Notes: generated from the sequence alone by a model not told the origin. DNA of 64,000 nt from Fidelibacterota bacterium (GCA_013203185.1 JABMOS010000113.1:6677-70676); one strand, 5' to 3'; positions 19,792-29,693 are shown, counted from the first letter of the stretch. Made by a program: numbers and translations.

Positions 19792-21447
19792 ATGGCAAAA
19801 AATTCCACCGATTCGTCATCCTCCCAGGTGATTGACTACTTAAAAGATCTGGATCAAAGAGTCTCCCATCTAGAAGCAGCGATGAAACCGTATATCAAAA
19901 CGACGGAAGATCGTAGCCAGGGTGGTATTCAGGAGCGTGGTGATGGAAAACCAGATGCTTTTGAAATTCACATTGGTGAATATTGGTTTGCTTATGTAGG
20001 TATAGCTATTTTGGTCATTGCTTTTGTGTTTATGCTAAGCATGCAATGGAACAATTTGCATCCTGTTCTGCCCAGCATAATGGGGGCCGGAATTTGTGGA
20101 GTCATGATTGGTGCAGCGCTATACACCAAAACATCTTTCAAATTTATCTCATTAAATCTCTGGGGTGCTGCCTTCGTAATGAGCTTTATCTCAGCCCTGC
20201 GCTTGTTCCATTTCGGGGATCCGAGTTTATTGGCATCAGGGTACCTGGAGGATACTATCCTGACTGTCCTTTGTTTAGGGCTTGTAGCCTTTGCATACAG
20301 TAAGCGGTCTCCCTATCTATATTCAATCGGGTTAACCCTGTTGCTTCTCGCCGGATTGGTCATAAACATACCTGCGTGGACCTTAAATCTGAATGCCCTG
20401 GTTGCTCTGGGTATCATCTTCTATTCCCGTGAATTAGAAGATCCTGCAATATTCGTATATGGTACTATCGCAGTATATGCTGCCCATCTCGTCTGGATGT
20501 TAGGTAATCCTGTGATGACTGGTGGGTTTGAGTCCCTGGCACAACCGGTCTGGAACCAAGTATATCTGCTGGTGTACGCACTGATCTTTTCCCTGATCCT
20601 CATTGTCACTGATCCCGAAAAGATTGCCAAAAAGTATGTTGTCGTCAATGCCATGGCCAATGGGGTATTGGCCTTCGTACTCTTCAATTTGTCCTGTACG
20701 CTTGGTGATGTAACACCAACGATAATGCCTAAAATCCTCTTTTTTGTTGTTTTCTTTGGTCTGGCTCTCGCCTTTTGGAAGCGCCTGGAGATTAATTTTT
20801 CAATGGTGCTCTTTACACTACTTGCACATGGCACCATCAGTATAGGATTTGTACAGACCGTAGCCTCACCCGACATTTATGTCATTCTTATCTGGCAGAG
20901 TTTATTGATGTTGGCCAATGCGCTCTGGTTTAGTTCACAGTTCATAACCATATCAAATTTTTTGCTCTATATCGTGCTATTCCTGGCCTATACGGCTGCA
21001 AGCGGATTTGCCGGGATCATCAGTGTGAGTTTTGGTTTTGTGGCCCTGTTTAGTGCCAGATTACTTCGTGCCTTTGAAATTCGTTTGGGTTCATCATACA
21101 ATGTTCTGATCAACTTCTATCTGGCCATTACCTTTGTGTCACTTCCTTTTGCACTTTGGAAAGCTATCCCCCATGAGTGGGTTGCCTTCCTTTGGTTGGG
21201 CGTCACACTTCTATACTATGGCCTAAGTTTGATGCTCAAGAGTCAAAGATATCGATGGATGGGTCATCTGACCCTGATTGCAACACTTGTCTACACCATT
21301 TTGCAGGCAACCATGGGCATGGAGCCAGCACAACGGATTCTCACGTTCCTGGCCCTGGGAGTTGTTCTCATCACCGTCTCTGGTGTCTACACACGTATCC
21401 GGAAACAAGGTTCTATTAAGATGGAATCAACTCAAGATGGACAGTAA
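19792..21447 (+). CDS. DUF2339-like polytopic membrane protein
   Basis: GAGG RBS before ATG 19792; short coiled coil, FEIHIGEYWFAYVG, about 18 hydrophobic segments, C-terminal RILTFLALGVVL. Confidence 0.75.
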   Translation: MAKNSTDSSSSQVIDYLKDLDQRVSHLEAAMKPYIKTTEDRSQGGIQERGDGKPDAFEIHIGEYWFAYVGIAILVIAFVFMLSMQWNNLHPVLPSIMGAGICGVMIGAALYTKTSFKFISLNLWGAAFVMSFISALRLFHFGDPSLLASGYLEDTILTVLCLGLVAFAYSKRSPYLYSIGLTLLLLAGLVINIPAWTLNLNALVALGIIFYSRELEDPAIFVYGTIAVYAAHLVWMLGNPVMTGGFESLAQPVWNQVYLLVYALIFSLILIVTDPEKIAKKYVVVNAMANGVLAFVLFNLSCTLGDVTPTIMPKILFFVVFFGLALAFWKRLEINFSMVLFTLLAHGTISIGFVQTVASPDIYVILIWQSLLMLANALWFSSQFITISNFLLYIVLFLAYTAASGFAGIISVSFGFVALFSARLLRAFEIRLGSSYNVLINFYLAITFVSLPFALWKAIPHEWVAFLWLGVTLLYYGLSLMLKSQRYRWMGHLTLIATLVYTILQATMGMEPAQRILTFLALGVVLITVSGVYTRIRKQGSIKMESTQDGQ

Positions 21448-21484
21448 TACGAAATTTAAATTTCCGAAATTGAGGGGAGGTCTG

Positions 21485-22234
21485 ATGAATAATTGGATCA
21501 GCAAAATTCCTGAACAGATCAAATTGTTAGCAGTGGTCGTGACGGTCATTATAACTGCATTTCTCATTGTTCGACCTATGCTGATACCAGCGGGATTCGG
21601 GGAACAGGGACATTTTAGAAGTGGTGCCTTGAATGATGCGGTTGCTGTACAATTTAAGTATGCAGGGAAAGCAAGTTGTGTTGAATGTCATGATGATATG
21701 ACAGACATGCTGGCTGGTGGATATCATAAAAAACTAAGCTGTGAGGTCTGTCATGGACCCCTGGCGGGACATATTGATGATCCAGATGAAAACACCCCCA
21801 GTTTTCCGAGAGAACGTACGCTTTGCCCTGTATGCCACGAATATCTCTCTTCGCGACCAACAGGGTTTCCCCAAATAGTCAGCCAATCACATAATTCACT
21901 GAAGGCCTGTATATCCTGTCATGAACCCCATGACCCTGTACCCCCTGATGTTCCCAGCCAATGCTCTGCATGTCATGGTGAAATTTCACGGAGTAAAGCT
22001 GTATCACACCATGTGGATATTGAGTGTGAATTTTGTCATACCACACCGGAGCTACACAAAACTTCACCTCGTCAATATCGACCGAGTAAACCCCAGAATC
22101 GCGAATTTTGCGGTCAATGTCACACGAAGAATTCAAAGCATAATACCAAAGCTCCCAGGATTGATCTTGCCACACATGAAACACGCTATGATTGCTGGCA
22201 ATGCCATTATCCACACCTACCGGAGGCAAGATGA
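21485..22234 (+). CDS. Membrane-anchored octaheme c-type cytochrome
   Basis: GGGGAGG RBS before ATG 21485; N-terminal transmembrane helix; 8 CxxCH motifs. Confidence 0.9.
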   Translation: MNNWISKIPEQIKLLAVVVTVIITAFLIVRPMLIPAGFGEQGHFRSGALNDAVAVQFKYAGKASCVECHDDMTDMLAGGYHKKLSCEVCHGPLAGHIDDPDENTPSFPRERTLCPVCHEYLSSRPTGFPQIVSQSHNSLKACISCHEPHDPVPPDVPSQCSACHGEISRSKAVSHHVDIECEFCHTTPELHKTSPRQYRPSKPQNREFCGQCHTKNSKHNTKAPRIDLATHETRYDCWQCHYPHLPEAR

Positions 22235-23013
22235 AAAATAGTATTACATCCAAAAGACGTGACGTCCTGAAAACCATGGCCGGCTTTGCTGCCAGTTTAT
22301 TGGTCCCAAAAGTTGTGCGAGGAGAGAAAGCTTCGGCGAAGCCTTTTGACTGGGCCGATGACTCAATCCATTATGACCCACATGATCATAAATGGGGCAT
22401 GGGAGTAGATATCGACAAGTGTATTGGCTGCGGAAGATGTGCTAATGCCTGTAAAATTGAAAATGATGTTCCCAAAGAACCATTTTTCTTTCGTACCTGG
22501 GTGGAACGTTATGAGGTTCATGAAAATGGTGAGACCACGATAGACTGTCCTAATGGTGCCGTCGATGGTTTCGAGAAGAAATCTGGGGATGATGATGTTC
22601 TCCGTAGTTTCTTCGTACCAAAATTATGTAATCATTGTGAAAACCCACCTTGTGTCCAGGTATGCCCAGTAGGAGCGACTTATCAGTCAGCAGATGGCGT
22701 CGTATTAGTAGATGCTGATTATTGTCTGGGTTGTCGCTATTGTATCCAGGCTTGCCCCTATGGAGCTCGGTTTTTACACCCAGTAACCAGAACAGCAGAA
22801 AAGTGTACTTTCTGTTATCATCGAATTGTTCGAGGTGAAGAACCTGCCTGTGTGGAAGCATGTCCCACAGAAGCCAGAATATTTGGGGAGCTGGACCAGA
22901 AGGCCAGTCCCTTACATCGCTTCAAACGGATGAATCACATTGGTGTACTCAAGCCTGCCCTGAACACAGAACCCAAAGTTTTCTATGCGAATCTAGATAT
23001 GGAGGTTAAGTGA
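22231..23013 (+). CDS. Tat-exported four-cluster [4Fe-4S] protein (NrfC/TtrB/PsrB family)
   Basis: SKRRDVLK Tat motif; CIGCGRCANAC, CNHCENPPCVQVCP, CLGCRYCIQACP, CTFC...CVEACP. Confidence 0.92.
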   Translation: MKNSITSKRRDVLKTMAGFAASLLVPKVVRGEKASAKPFDWADDSIHYDPHDHKWGMGVDIDKCIGCGRCANACKIENDVPKEPFFFRTWVERYEVHENGETTIDCPNGAVDGFEKKSGDDDVLRSFFVPKLCNHCENPPCVQVCPVGATYQSADGVVLVDADYCLGCRYCIQACPYGARFLHPVTRTAEKCTFCYHRIVRGEEPACVEACPTEARIFGELDQKASPLHRFKRMNHIGVLKPALNTEPKVFYANLDMEVK

Positions 23014-24233
23014 TCATGGAAGAAATAGTTCAACATTTAACGCCGCTTCTAGATCAAGTCACCGGCTACATTTATCCTAATGAAATAGAACTTCACTGGG
23101 GTTTATTGGTTGTGATATACCCATATCTAACTGGTTTGGTGGCAGGTGCTTTCATCCTGGCATCATTGGTTAAAGTCTTCAATGTTAAAGAGCTTCAGCC
23201 CACCTATCGACTGTCTCTGCTGACAGCTCTGGCTTTTATCGTCATTGCACCACTCCCACTCCTTGCCCACTTGGGACACCCGGAAAAATCGTTTGAAATT
23301 TTCCTCACACCCAATGTGAACTCTGCCATGGCTATGTTTGGATTTGTCTATGCCTGGTATCTCATGGCGGTATTGCTCCTGGAACTCTGGTTCGACTTCC
23401 GTCAGGATCTGGTTACCATGGCCAATGAGAGTAAGGGTTTTAAAAGATTATTCTATCGGACAATTTCGCTCTTTTCCAAAGATCTTTCCGAAAAAGCAAT
23501 CGCATTTGATCACAAGGCAGTTCGCGTGATAACCATAATAGGTATTCCATCTGCCTTTTTACTCCATGGATATGTTGGTTTCCTGTTTGGTTCTATCAAG
23601 GCCAATCCCTGGTGGTCCAGTGTGCTGATTCCCATTGTATTTTTGTTCTCCGCCATTGTATCTGGAGTGGCTTTGGTCATTTTGCTCTACATGGTAATTA
23701 CTCCGCTCCGAAATAAAGTCGTAGACATGTTATGTCTGGACAAGTTGGCGAGCTATTTATTCTATATCATGATCGTTGATTTCTCCCTGGAAATATTGGA
23801 TTTCATTCATCGGGTCTATGAGTCTGAAGAATCCATATCAATTTTGGCGTCATTGGTGCAAAATAAGCTCTTCTCTAGTCTGGTAATCATGCAGGTGCTG
23901 ATGGGAATGATTTTACCCCTCTTCACAATTGCCGCAGTCAAAACATTCAAAGTGCCAGCTGATCTAAGAAAATTGCTGTATTTCATTTCGGCTATACTGG
24001 TTCAAGTGGGAATTTTTTCAACTCGCTGGAATGTGGTCATTGGGGGACAGCTCTTCTCAAAGAGTTTCATGGGTCTCACCACTTACAAAATGACATTCTT
24101 TGGTCTGGAAGGGCTCCTGGTTTCCATTGGACTCTTGATCATGCCCTTCATCATTTTGTGGATACTCATAAAAATACTGGATCCATGGCGATCAGAAGAT
24201 GCAGCCTTATCCACCCCTACCACTGGCCAATGA
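23010..24233 (+). CDS. nrfD: NrfD/PsrC-family quinone-interacting membrane subunit
   Basis: WGLLVVIYPYLTGLVAG, LAHLGHP, HGYVGFLF...PWW, RWNVVIGGQ; multiple transmembrane helices; follows the NrfC-like gene. Confidence 0.88.
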   Translation: MIMEEIVQHLTPLLDQVTGYIYPNEIELHWGLLVVIYPYLTGLVAGAFILASLVKVFNVKELQPTYRLSLLTALAFIVIAPLPLLAHLGHPEKSFEIFLTPNVNSAMAMFGFVYAWYLMAVLLLELWFDFRQDLVTMANESKGFKRLFYRTISLFSKDLSEKAIAFDHKAVRVITIIGIPSAFLLHGYVGFLFGSIKANPWWSSVLIPIVFLFSAIVSGVALVILLYMVITPLRNKVVDMLCLDKLASYLFYIMIVDFSLEILDFIHRVYESEESISILASLVQNKLFSSLVIMQVLMGMILPLFTIAAVKTFKVPADLRKLLYFISAILVQVGIFSTRWNVVIGGQLFSKSFMGLTTYKMTFFGLEGLLVSIGLLIMPFIILWILIKILDPWRSEDAALSTPTTGQ

Positions 24234-24265
24234 TCTATGAGCACTAATAAACTAGGAAGAACTAT

Positions 24266-24706
24266 ATGAAATACGGTAGAAGAGAATTCATAAACACATT
24301 GTTGGGCGCTGGTGGTATTGGTGGATTGGCATCCATTCTTTATCCAGTATTTCAGTTCTTGGTACCACCTGAAGTGACTGAACCACAGGTAAGTTCCCTA
24401 AAAGTGGGCGCTGTGGGAGACTTCCCCGTAAATAGTTCGAAAATTGTGAGATTCGGCAGGGTCCCTGTGATTCTAATACGTTCTGATAGAGACACATTCA
24501 AAGCGTTGGCAGCGACTTGTACACATCTCGATTGTATCGTCCAGTATAATCAGGCCAGGAAACAGATAATTTGTGCCTGCCATAATGGTGTTTACGATCT
24601 TTCTGGAAAAAATATTTCTGGCCCACCCCCCAAGCCGCTAGCTGTCTATTCTGTTTCAATAGTGGATGATCAGGTAATGATTACTCAGGAAAAGGATTTG
24701 GCATGA
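24266..24706 (+). CDS. Rieske [2Fe-2S] subunit of a cytochrome bc-type complex (QcrA/PetC-like)
   Basis: GRREFI Tat-like anchor; CTHLDC and CACHNGVYD boxes; GPPPKPL. Confidence 0.92.
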   Translation: MKYGRREFINTLLGAGGIGGLASILYPVFQFLVPPEVTEPQVSSLKVGAVGDFPVNSSKIVRFGRVPVILIRSDRDTFKALAATCTHLDCIVQYNQARKQIICACHNGVYDLSGKNISGPPPKPLAVYSVSIVDDQVMITQEKDLA

Positions 24707-25782
24707 AACCGACTTTGAAACAAAGTATGTTTCGCTGGCTGGATGACCGGCTAGACATACAACCATTGGTTGATATGATGGATCATAAGAAGGTACCCAT
24801 CCACTCCCATACCGTGTGGTATTACATGGGTGGTGTAACCCTCTTCCTCTTTATGGTGCAGGTCTTTACAGGCATTTTACTATTGATGTATTATCGACCT
24901 GGTGAAGAAAGCGCCTTTGAGAGTATGCAATTTATTCTTACTGAAGTCAAATTTGGGTGGCTCTTTAGAAATGTCCACGCCTGGTCAGCGAATCTCATGG
25001 TGCTGTTTGCCTTCATCCATATGTTCAGTGTGGTATTCACGAGAGCTTTCACAACACCGAGGGAACTCACCTGGGTCTCAGGGTTTATTTTGTTGTTACT
25101 TGCCATGTTTTTTGGTTTCAGTGGATACTTGTTGCCCTGGAATGAATTGGCATTCTTTGCTACCAAGGTTGGGACAGATATTGTGGGAGCCGTTCCCCTT
25201 GTTGGTGAGCAATTAAAAGTGATTATTCGCGGAGGAGAAGATGTAACTGGAGCCACATTATCGAGATTCTTTGGTCTCCATGTGGCCATTCTTCCAGCTA
25301 TAACATTTTTGATACTCAGCTTTCATTTGCTCTTGGTTCAGAGACAGGGGATAAGTGAGCCACGACACTTCAAAGCCTTGGCAGAAGAAAAAAAGCGCTA
25401 TATGTCGTTTTTCCCGGATTTTGTCCTTAGAGATGCCCTCCTCTGGTTAATTATCAATATTATCGTTCTATCTCTGGCTGTTTTCTACCCCTGGGAATTG
25501 GGATTGAAAGCCGATGCCCTGGCCTCAGCGCCCATGGGTATAAAACCTGAGTGGTATTTCATGTTCATGTTCCAGACGCTAAAGGTGATTCCTCCACATG
25601 TCTGGTTTATTGAGGGTGAGACCTTTGGAATTTTGCTCTTTGGAGGTGCCGCCCTGTTATGGATGGCTGTCCCATTCGCCCGTTTTAGAGGGAAGCAAAT
25701 CGTTGATTCAAAATGGATTACGATACTTGGTATATTTACTATTACCTACATGGTGGTCTTGACGATCACCGGATATTTATAA
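24703..25782 (+). CDS. Cytochrome b subunit (b6 and subunit IV regions in one chain; QcrB/PetB-like)
   Basis: RNVHAWSANLMVLFAFIH, GYLLPW, FGLHVAILP...FH, KPEWYF Qo motif. Confidence 0.93.
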   Translation: MKPTLKQSMFRWLDDRLDIQPLVDMMDHKKVPIHSHTVWYYMGGVTLFLFMVQVFTGILLLMYYRPGEESAFESMQFILTEVKFGWLFRNVHAWSANLMVLFAFIHMFSVVFTRAFTTPRELTWVSGFILLLLAMFFGFSGYLLPWNELAFFATKVGTDIVGAVPLVGEQLKVIIRGGEDVTGATLSRFFGLHVAILPAITFLILSFHLLLVQRQGISEPRHFKALAEEKKRYMSFFPDFVLRDALLWLIINIIVLSLAVFYPWELGLKADALASAPMGIKPEWYFMFMFQTLKVIPPHVWFIEGETFGILLFGGAALLWMAVPFARFRGKQIVDSKWITILGIFTITYMVVLTITGYL

Positions 25783-25793
25783 GCGAGCATGAT

Positions 25794-27056
25794 ATGAAGC
25801 GAACACGAATAATTAAGCAATATCTTCTGATTTTCGCCGGAATTACCCTGTTGGGTACAGCTAACCTTTTGGCCGAATCAAAAGTAAATACCTGCCTGGA
25901 TTGTCATGTGGAGAATGATATCATGCCCGGGGATTTCCTCGAGGAAGATGTCCACCAGCATTCGGAAATTTCATGTGCCGGTTGCCATGGCGGTGACCCA
26001 GAGGCAGAAGATATGGACGAATCCATGTCAGCAGATGCTGGATACATCGGGATCCCATCGCGACAAGAAATGCCAGCTTTTTGTGGGAAATGTCATAGCA
26101 AAATTGAATATATGCGGGTTTTCCAGCCTCGTATTCCAACGGATCAGGTAGATCAGTATTATACGAGTACCCACGGTAAAAAGCTGCTCAGCGGTGATAA
26201 AAAGGTCGCCATGTGCAGCAGCTGTCACACCTCTCATGGCATCTTGCCAGCTAAAGACACACGGTCCAGCGTTCATCCATTCAATATCCCGCAAACATGT
26301 AATCAGTGTCACGGAGATGCCGATCTCATGGCGTCCACTTCCCATGGAACCAGTCAGTATGAAGATTATGCTGGAAGCGTTCATGGTAAGGCCCTTATTG
26401 AGCGAAGTGATACTGGGTCACCAGCATGCAATGATTGCCATGGAAATCATGGAGCAGCTCCTCCAGGTGCAGAATCCATTAGCCATATCTGTGGATCCTG
26501 TCACCTGAATAACATGGAATTTTTTAAAACTTCCGTTATGGGGCAGTTATCAGAATCGGCTGATTATCATAGTTGTGAGCAATGTCATGGGAATCATTCA
26601 ATTTCTGAACCGTCTGATGAATTATTGAATGTCAATGAGTCATCCCTCTGTCTGGAGTGTCATAGCGATGGTGATGAGGGATATGTAGCCGCTGAAGCCA
26701 TGTATACTCAAATTAGACAGACAGATAGTCTCTATCAGGCCGCGATTATCCGCTTGAAAGATATTCAGATCAAAGGGATGAATGATGTGGATATTCAATA
26801 TGTTCTTAAAGATGCAAAGCAAAACCTGATACAGCTAAGAACCATGGTCCATACCTTCGATCCAGTACAGGTCAAAGAAAAGGCTGCTGAAGGAAAAGAA
26901 TTATCAGCTGAGGCAATCTCATTAGCTGGTCTGGAAATCAGTGAATTTAATCAACGTCGTATGGGCTTTGGCATATCTACTCTTGCTTTTGTCCTCCTCG
27001 CTTTTGCTGTTTTCCTGAAGATTAGGCAGATTGATAGTAACAAAAAGTCAGACTAA
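25794..27056 (+). CDS. Nonaheme c-type cytochrome with C-terminal membrane anchor
   Basis: Signal peptide from ATG 25794; 9 CxxCH motifs; helical stalk and C-terminal transmembrane helix. Confidence 0.9.
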   Translation: MKRTRIIKQYLLIFAGITLLGTANLLAESKVNTCLDCHVENDIMPGDFLEEDVHQHSEISCAGCHGGDPEAEDMDESMSADAGYIGIPSRQEMPAFCGKCHSKIEYMRVFQPRIPTDQVDQYYTSTHGKKLLSGDKKVAMCSSCHTSHGILPAKDTRSSVHPFNIPQTCNQCHGDADLMASTSHGTSQYEDYAGSVHGKALIERSDTGSPACNDCHGNHGAAPPGAESISHICGSCHLNNMEFFKTSVMGQLSESADYHSCEQCHGNHSISEPSDELLNVNESSLCLECHSDGDEGYVAAEAMYTQIRQTDSLYQAAIIRLKDIQIKGMNDVDIQYVLKDAKQNLIQLRTMVHTFDPVQVKEKAAEGKELSAEAISLAGLEISEFNQRRMGFGISTLAFVLLAFAVFLKIRQIDSNKKSD

Positions 27057-27090
27057 ATAGAGACATCAAACAAGCGTGAAAGGAGATCCA

Positions 27091-27654
27091 ATGCGACTCA
27101 TTCCAAGCATAGTATTTTTACTGATGGGAAGTCTCATTTTTGCCCAGGATGCCGGACCAGAATTTGTCGGCAATAAAAAATGTAAAATGTGTCATAATAA
27201 AACCGAGAAGGGTGCCCAATATACCAAATGGGAAACAACAGGACACGCCAACACCTTCGATATATTGCTTACCGACGAGGCCAAGGCAATAGCAAAAAAG
27301 AGGGGATTGAAAACCACACCAGATCTTGCTGGAGAATGTCTGCAGTGTCATGTGACTGGTTGGGGAACGCCTACGGGTTATCAACTCGAAGTGGATGAAA
27401 CGGACAAAAGGGCGGTTTCCCAAAACAATGCTCTGAAGTCGGTGGGCTGTGAGGCCTGTCATGGTGCCGGTAGTTTATATAAGGGTAAAAAGGATATGCT
27501 CGCCATTGAAGCGGGCACACTTGATGGTGCTACTCTTGGGTTGGTGAAACCCACAGAACAAACCTGTCTCGGTTGTCATAACGATAAATCACCGACATTT
27601 AAACCATTTGATTTTAAGGAACGCTCTGCTAAAATTGCGCATAGGTATCCTTAA
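27091..27654 (+). CDS. Tetraheme cytochrome c (c554-like)
   Basis: AGGAG RBS; signal peptide; FVGNKKCKMCH, CLQCHVTG, VGCEACHGAG, CLGCH. Confidence 0.88.
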   Translation: MRLIPSIVFLLMGSLIFAQDAGPEFVGNKKCKMCHNKTEKGAQYTKWETTGHANTFDILLTDEAKAIAKKRGLKTTPDLAGECLQCHVTGWGTPTGYQLEVDETDKRAVSQNNALKSVGCEACHGAGSLYKGKKDMLAIEAGTLDGATLGLVKPTEQTCLGCHNDKSPTFKPFDFKERSAKIAHRYP

Positions 27655-27676
27655 TTTTAAAATTGGAAGACTTGCC

Positions 27677-28684
27677 ATGGTAAAATCACTTATAGTTGCT
27701 TGTATTTTGGGAGTTGGCTTGTTTCTTCCTGGAGAGATTCTTTATGGTGCGGATGGGGATACCTTCCCAGAAATTCCTGAAAATATTTCTCTAGAATCGC
27801 TGAAGAATATCTTTCAGCAGGTGAATTTCCCCCATCGCGATCATGCCCATATGTCAGCCATGGGGGAGGGTTGTGTTACCTGCCATCATTATGCAGATGA
27901 TGATATTTATGACCCTTGTGCAGATTGCCATACCAATGACCCCGATGATCTGAACAATGGTATTCCCTCTTTGAACGCTGCGTTTCATCGCAAGTGTTTG
28001 AATTGCCATCGCGGATGGAGTGTATCAAATGTTTGTGGTACCTGCCATGTGAAACAAGGTGAAGAGCAAACGGTTGGATCACCCATAATTGCCGCAGCAA
28101 AGGATCGGATTAAGTATCCAATAATTGTGAATTATGTAACCCCCAAGGCAGATGGCCAGAGGGTAAGTTTCCGACATGCTCAGCATGTCGAGATGTTTCG
28201 CTTCAAATGCGCAACCTGCCATACCAATGAAAACTGTGCAACCTGCCATGGTGCGCAACAAGTACCAGAGATTCTGTCAGGGAGCTCTGAAATTCATCAT
28301 TTCCCGTGCAGTAAATGCCACGATGTGAATGCCATTCCAGGCTGCGAAAAATGTCATCGAGCACAGGCTTCAGAGGGGTTTACCCACTCACTCACTAGTT
28401 TCCCGTTGAAAGCCTTCCATGCTGAACGCAATTGTACGGATTGTCATGATGCAAATACATCAGTAAAAAAACTCAATAAGACTTGTACAAATTGCCATGA
28501 AAATTTTGAACTTGGCAGTTTTGATCATGCAGCAACAGGGTTGATTCTGGAATTAGGGCATGAGGAGTTCGAGTGTTACGAATGTCACCTGAATGAAGAT
28601 TTTAGCAAGCCACCATCCTGTTATGATTGCCATGAAGATGACATGAAATTCCCTGAGGATTTACCAGGAACTAGATTGGACTAG
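27677..28684 (+). CDS. Dodecaheme c-type cytochrome (class III / c3-c7-like modules)
   Basis: Signal peptide; 12 CxxCH motifs; VNFPHRDH and VSFRHAQH c3/c7-type His motifs; AFHRKC. Confidence 0.9.
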   Translation: MVKSLIVACILGVGLFLPGEILYGADGDTFPEIPENISLESLKNIFQQVNFPHRDHAHMSAMGEGCVTCHHYADDDIYDPCADCHTNDPDDLNNGIPSLNAAFHRKCLNCHRGWSVSNVCGTCHVKQGEEQTVGSPIIAAAKDRIKYPIIVNYVTPKADGQRVSFRHAQHVEMFRFKCATCHTNENCATCHGAQQVPEILSGSSEIHHFPCSKCHDVNAIPGCEKCHRAQASEGFTHSLTSFPLKAFHAERNCTDCHDANTSVKKLNKTCTNCHENFELGSFDHAATGLILELGHEEFECYECHLNEDFSKPPSCYDCHEDDMKFPEDLPGTRLD

Positions 28685-28717
28685 TAGAAATTAATCATAT
28701 TCTCACCAGTCATTAAT

Positions 28718-28752
28718 GAAGAAGGTCGGTATCACACCGACCTTCTTTTTTT
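28718..28752. terminator. Bidirectional terminator between convergent cytochrome genes
   Basis: AAGAAGGTCGGT-ATCAC-ACCGACCTTCTT followed by a T-run. Confidence 0.8.
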
Positions 28753-29569
28753 ACAAATTATGACAGGCGTAACAGAGATTTTCTTTGGGGAGTCTCAAAA
28801 AGTGCTGGTTCTCCTCGCTGCCTTCATAGACAACAGCATCAATCCCAAGCGAGCCATGAATGTAGTGGCAGGTGTGGCATTGAATTTCATTAGACGGGGA
28901 TAAAGGGAGCTTAATATTGTATTGCTTCTGAGTCTTCTCGTATTGCTTAAATGTTGCCTTTTTTGACGTGGTGATATTCTTTCCATAGTGGTTTTGCTCA
29001 TGGGTATGAAGGGCATGACACTTGTTGCATGTTGATTTCATGTCAGCGTGCATCTCTGCAGCAATCAATGGGTGATCCGTAGCTGTTGGTTGGCGAGCAT
29101 GACAGTGGAGACAAACGGTACTGTTTACACTGCCGTCCTCTCTCAGTTGCTGGTGAGGATTTATTTTAATATAGTTTTCTTTTGAATGACAATTATAGCA
29201 AAACTCCAATTCCCTGCGGTAGGGTCCTCCTCTTAAAAAGGCACGATTTGATCGGGTTTGCTTTTTACTGCTGGCATGGCAGGTAAAACATGTCATCTCT
29301 GAATTAATTGAAAGTGGAAAATTCTTAGGCACCGCCATCTGAGGACTCTTGGGATCTAGGTTGAACATGGGGTGGATTAAGGCATTGATAGCCTCGGTAG
29401 AGTGACATTCAACACAGTCCCAATCTTCACTGAGACCAGCAGCATGCGGGTTGGATTTGTCAGGATAAGTGGTCTTCAATTGCGCAGTAGTAGATGATAA
29501 ACTGATTAGAAATATTAGCATTAAATGGAAGACCATATGTATACGCAAAGTCAATCTCCTGTCTGGCAC
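28751..29569 (-). CDS. Secreted heptaheme c-type cytochrome (start uncertain, 29569-29536)
   Basis: Signal peptide; 7 CxxCH motifs; C-terminal FLR...LCYACH paired-CxxCH-type ending. Confidence 0.85.
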   Translation of the reverse strand: MPDRRLTLRIHMVFHLMLIFLISLSSTTAQLKTTYPDKSNPHAAGLSEDWDCVECHSTEAINALIHPMFNLDPKSPQMAVPKNFPLSINSEMTCFTCHASSKKQTRSNRAFLRGGPYRRELEFCYNCHSKENYIKINPHQQLREDGSVNSTVCLHCHARQPTATDHPLIAAEMHADMKSTCNKCHALHTHEQNHYGKNITTSKKATFKQYEKTQKQYNIKLPLSPSNEIQCHTCHYIHGSLGIDAVVYEGSEENQHFLRLPKENLCYACHNL

Positions 29570-29693
29570 GTTTTACCACAATTGTTAATGCTGCGAAGGT
29601 TCCAACGAGGAAATATACATTGGCACCACAGTTTTACAACGTGGATTATATATCTGAAGCCATTGAGTTTACTTGTGGGGTCGTAAGCAGCTG

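Noticed and set aside
21485-24233. Nrf nitrite reductase, polysulfide/tetrathionate reductase or alternative complex III
   Set aside because: No CxxCK NrfA, no molybdopterin subunit, and no ActB-like fusion or second NrfD-like (ActF) subunit. Only the electron-transfer module is present.
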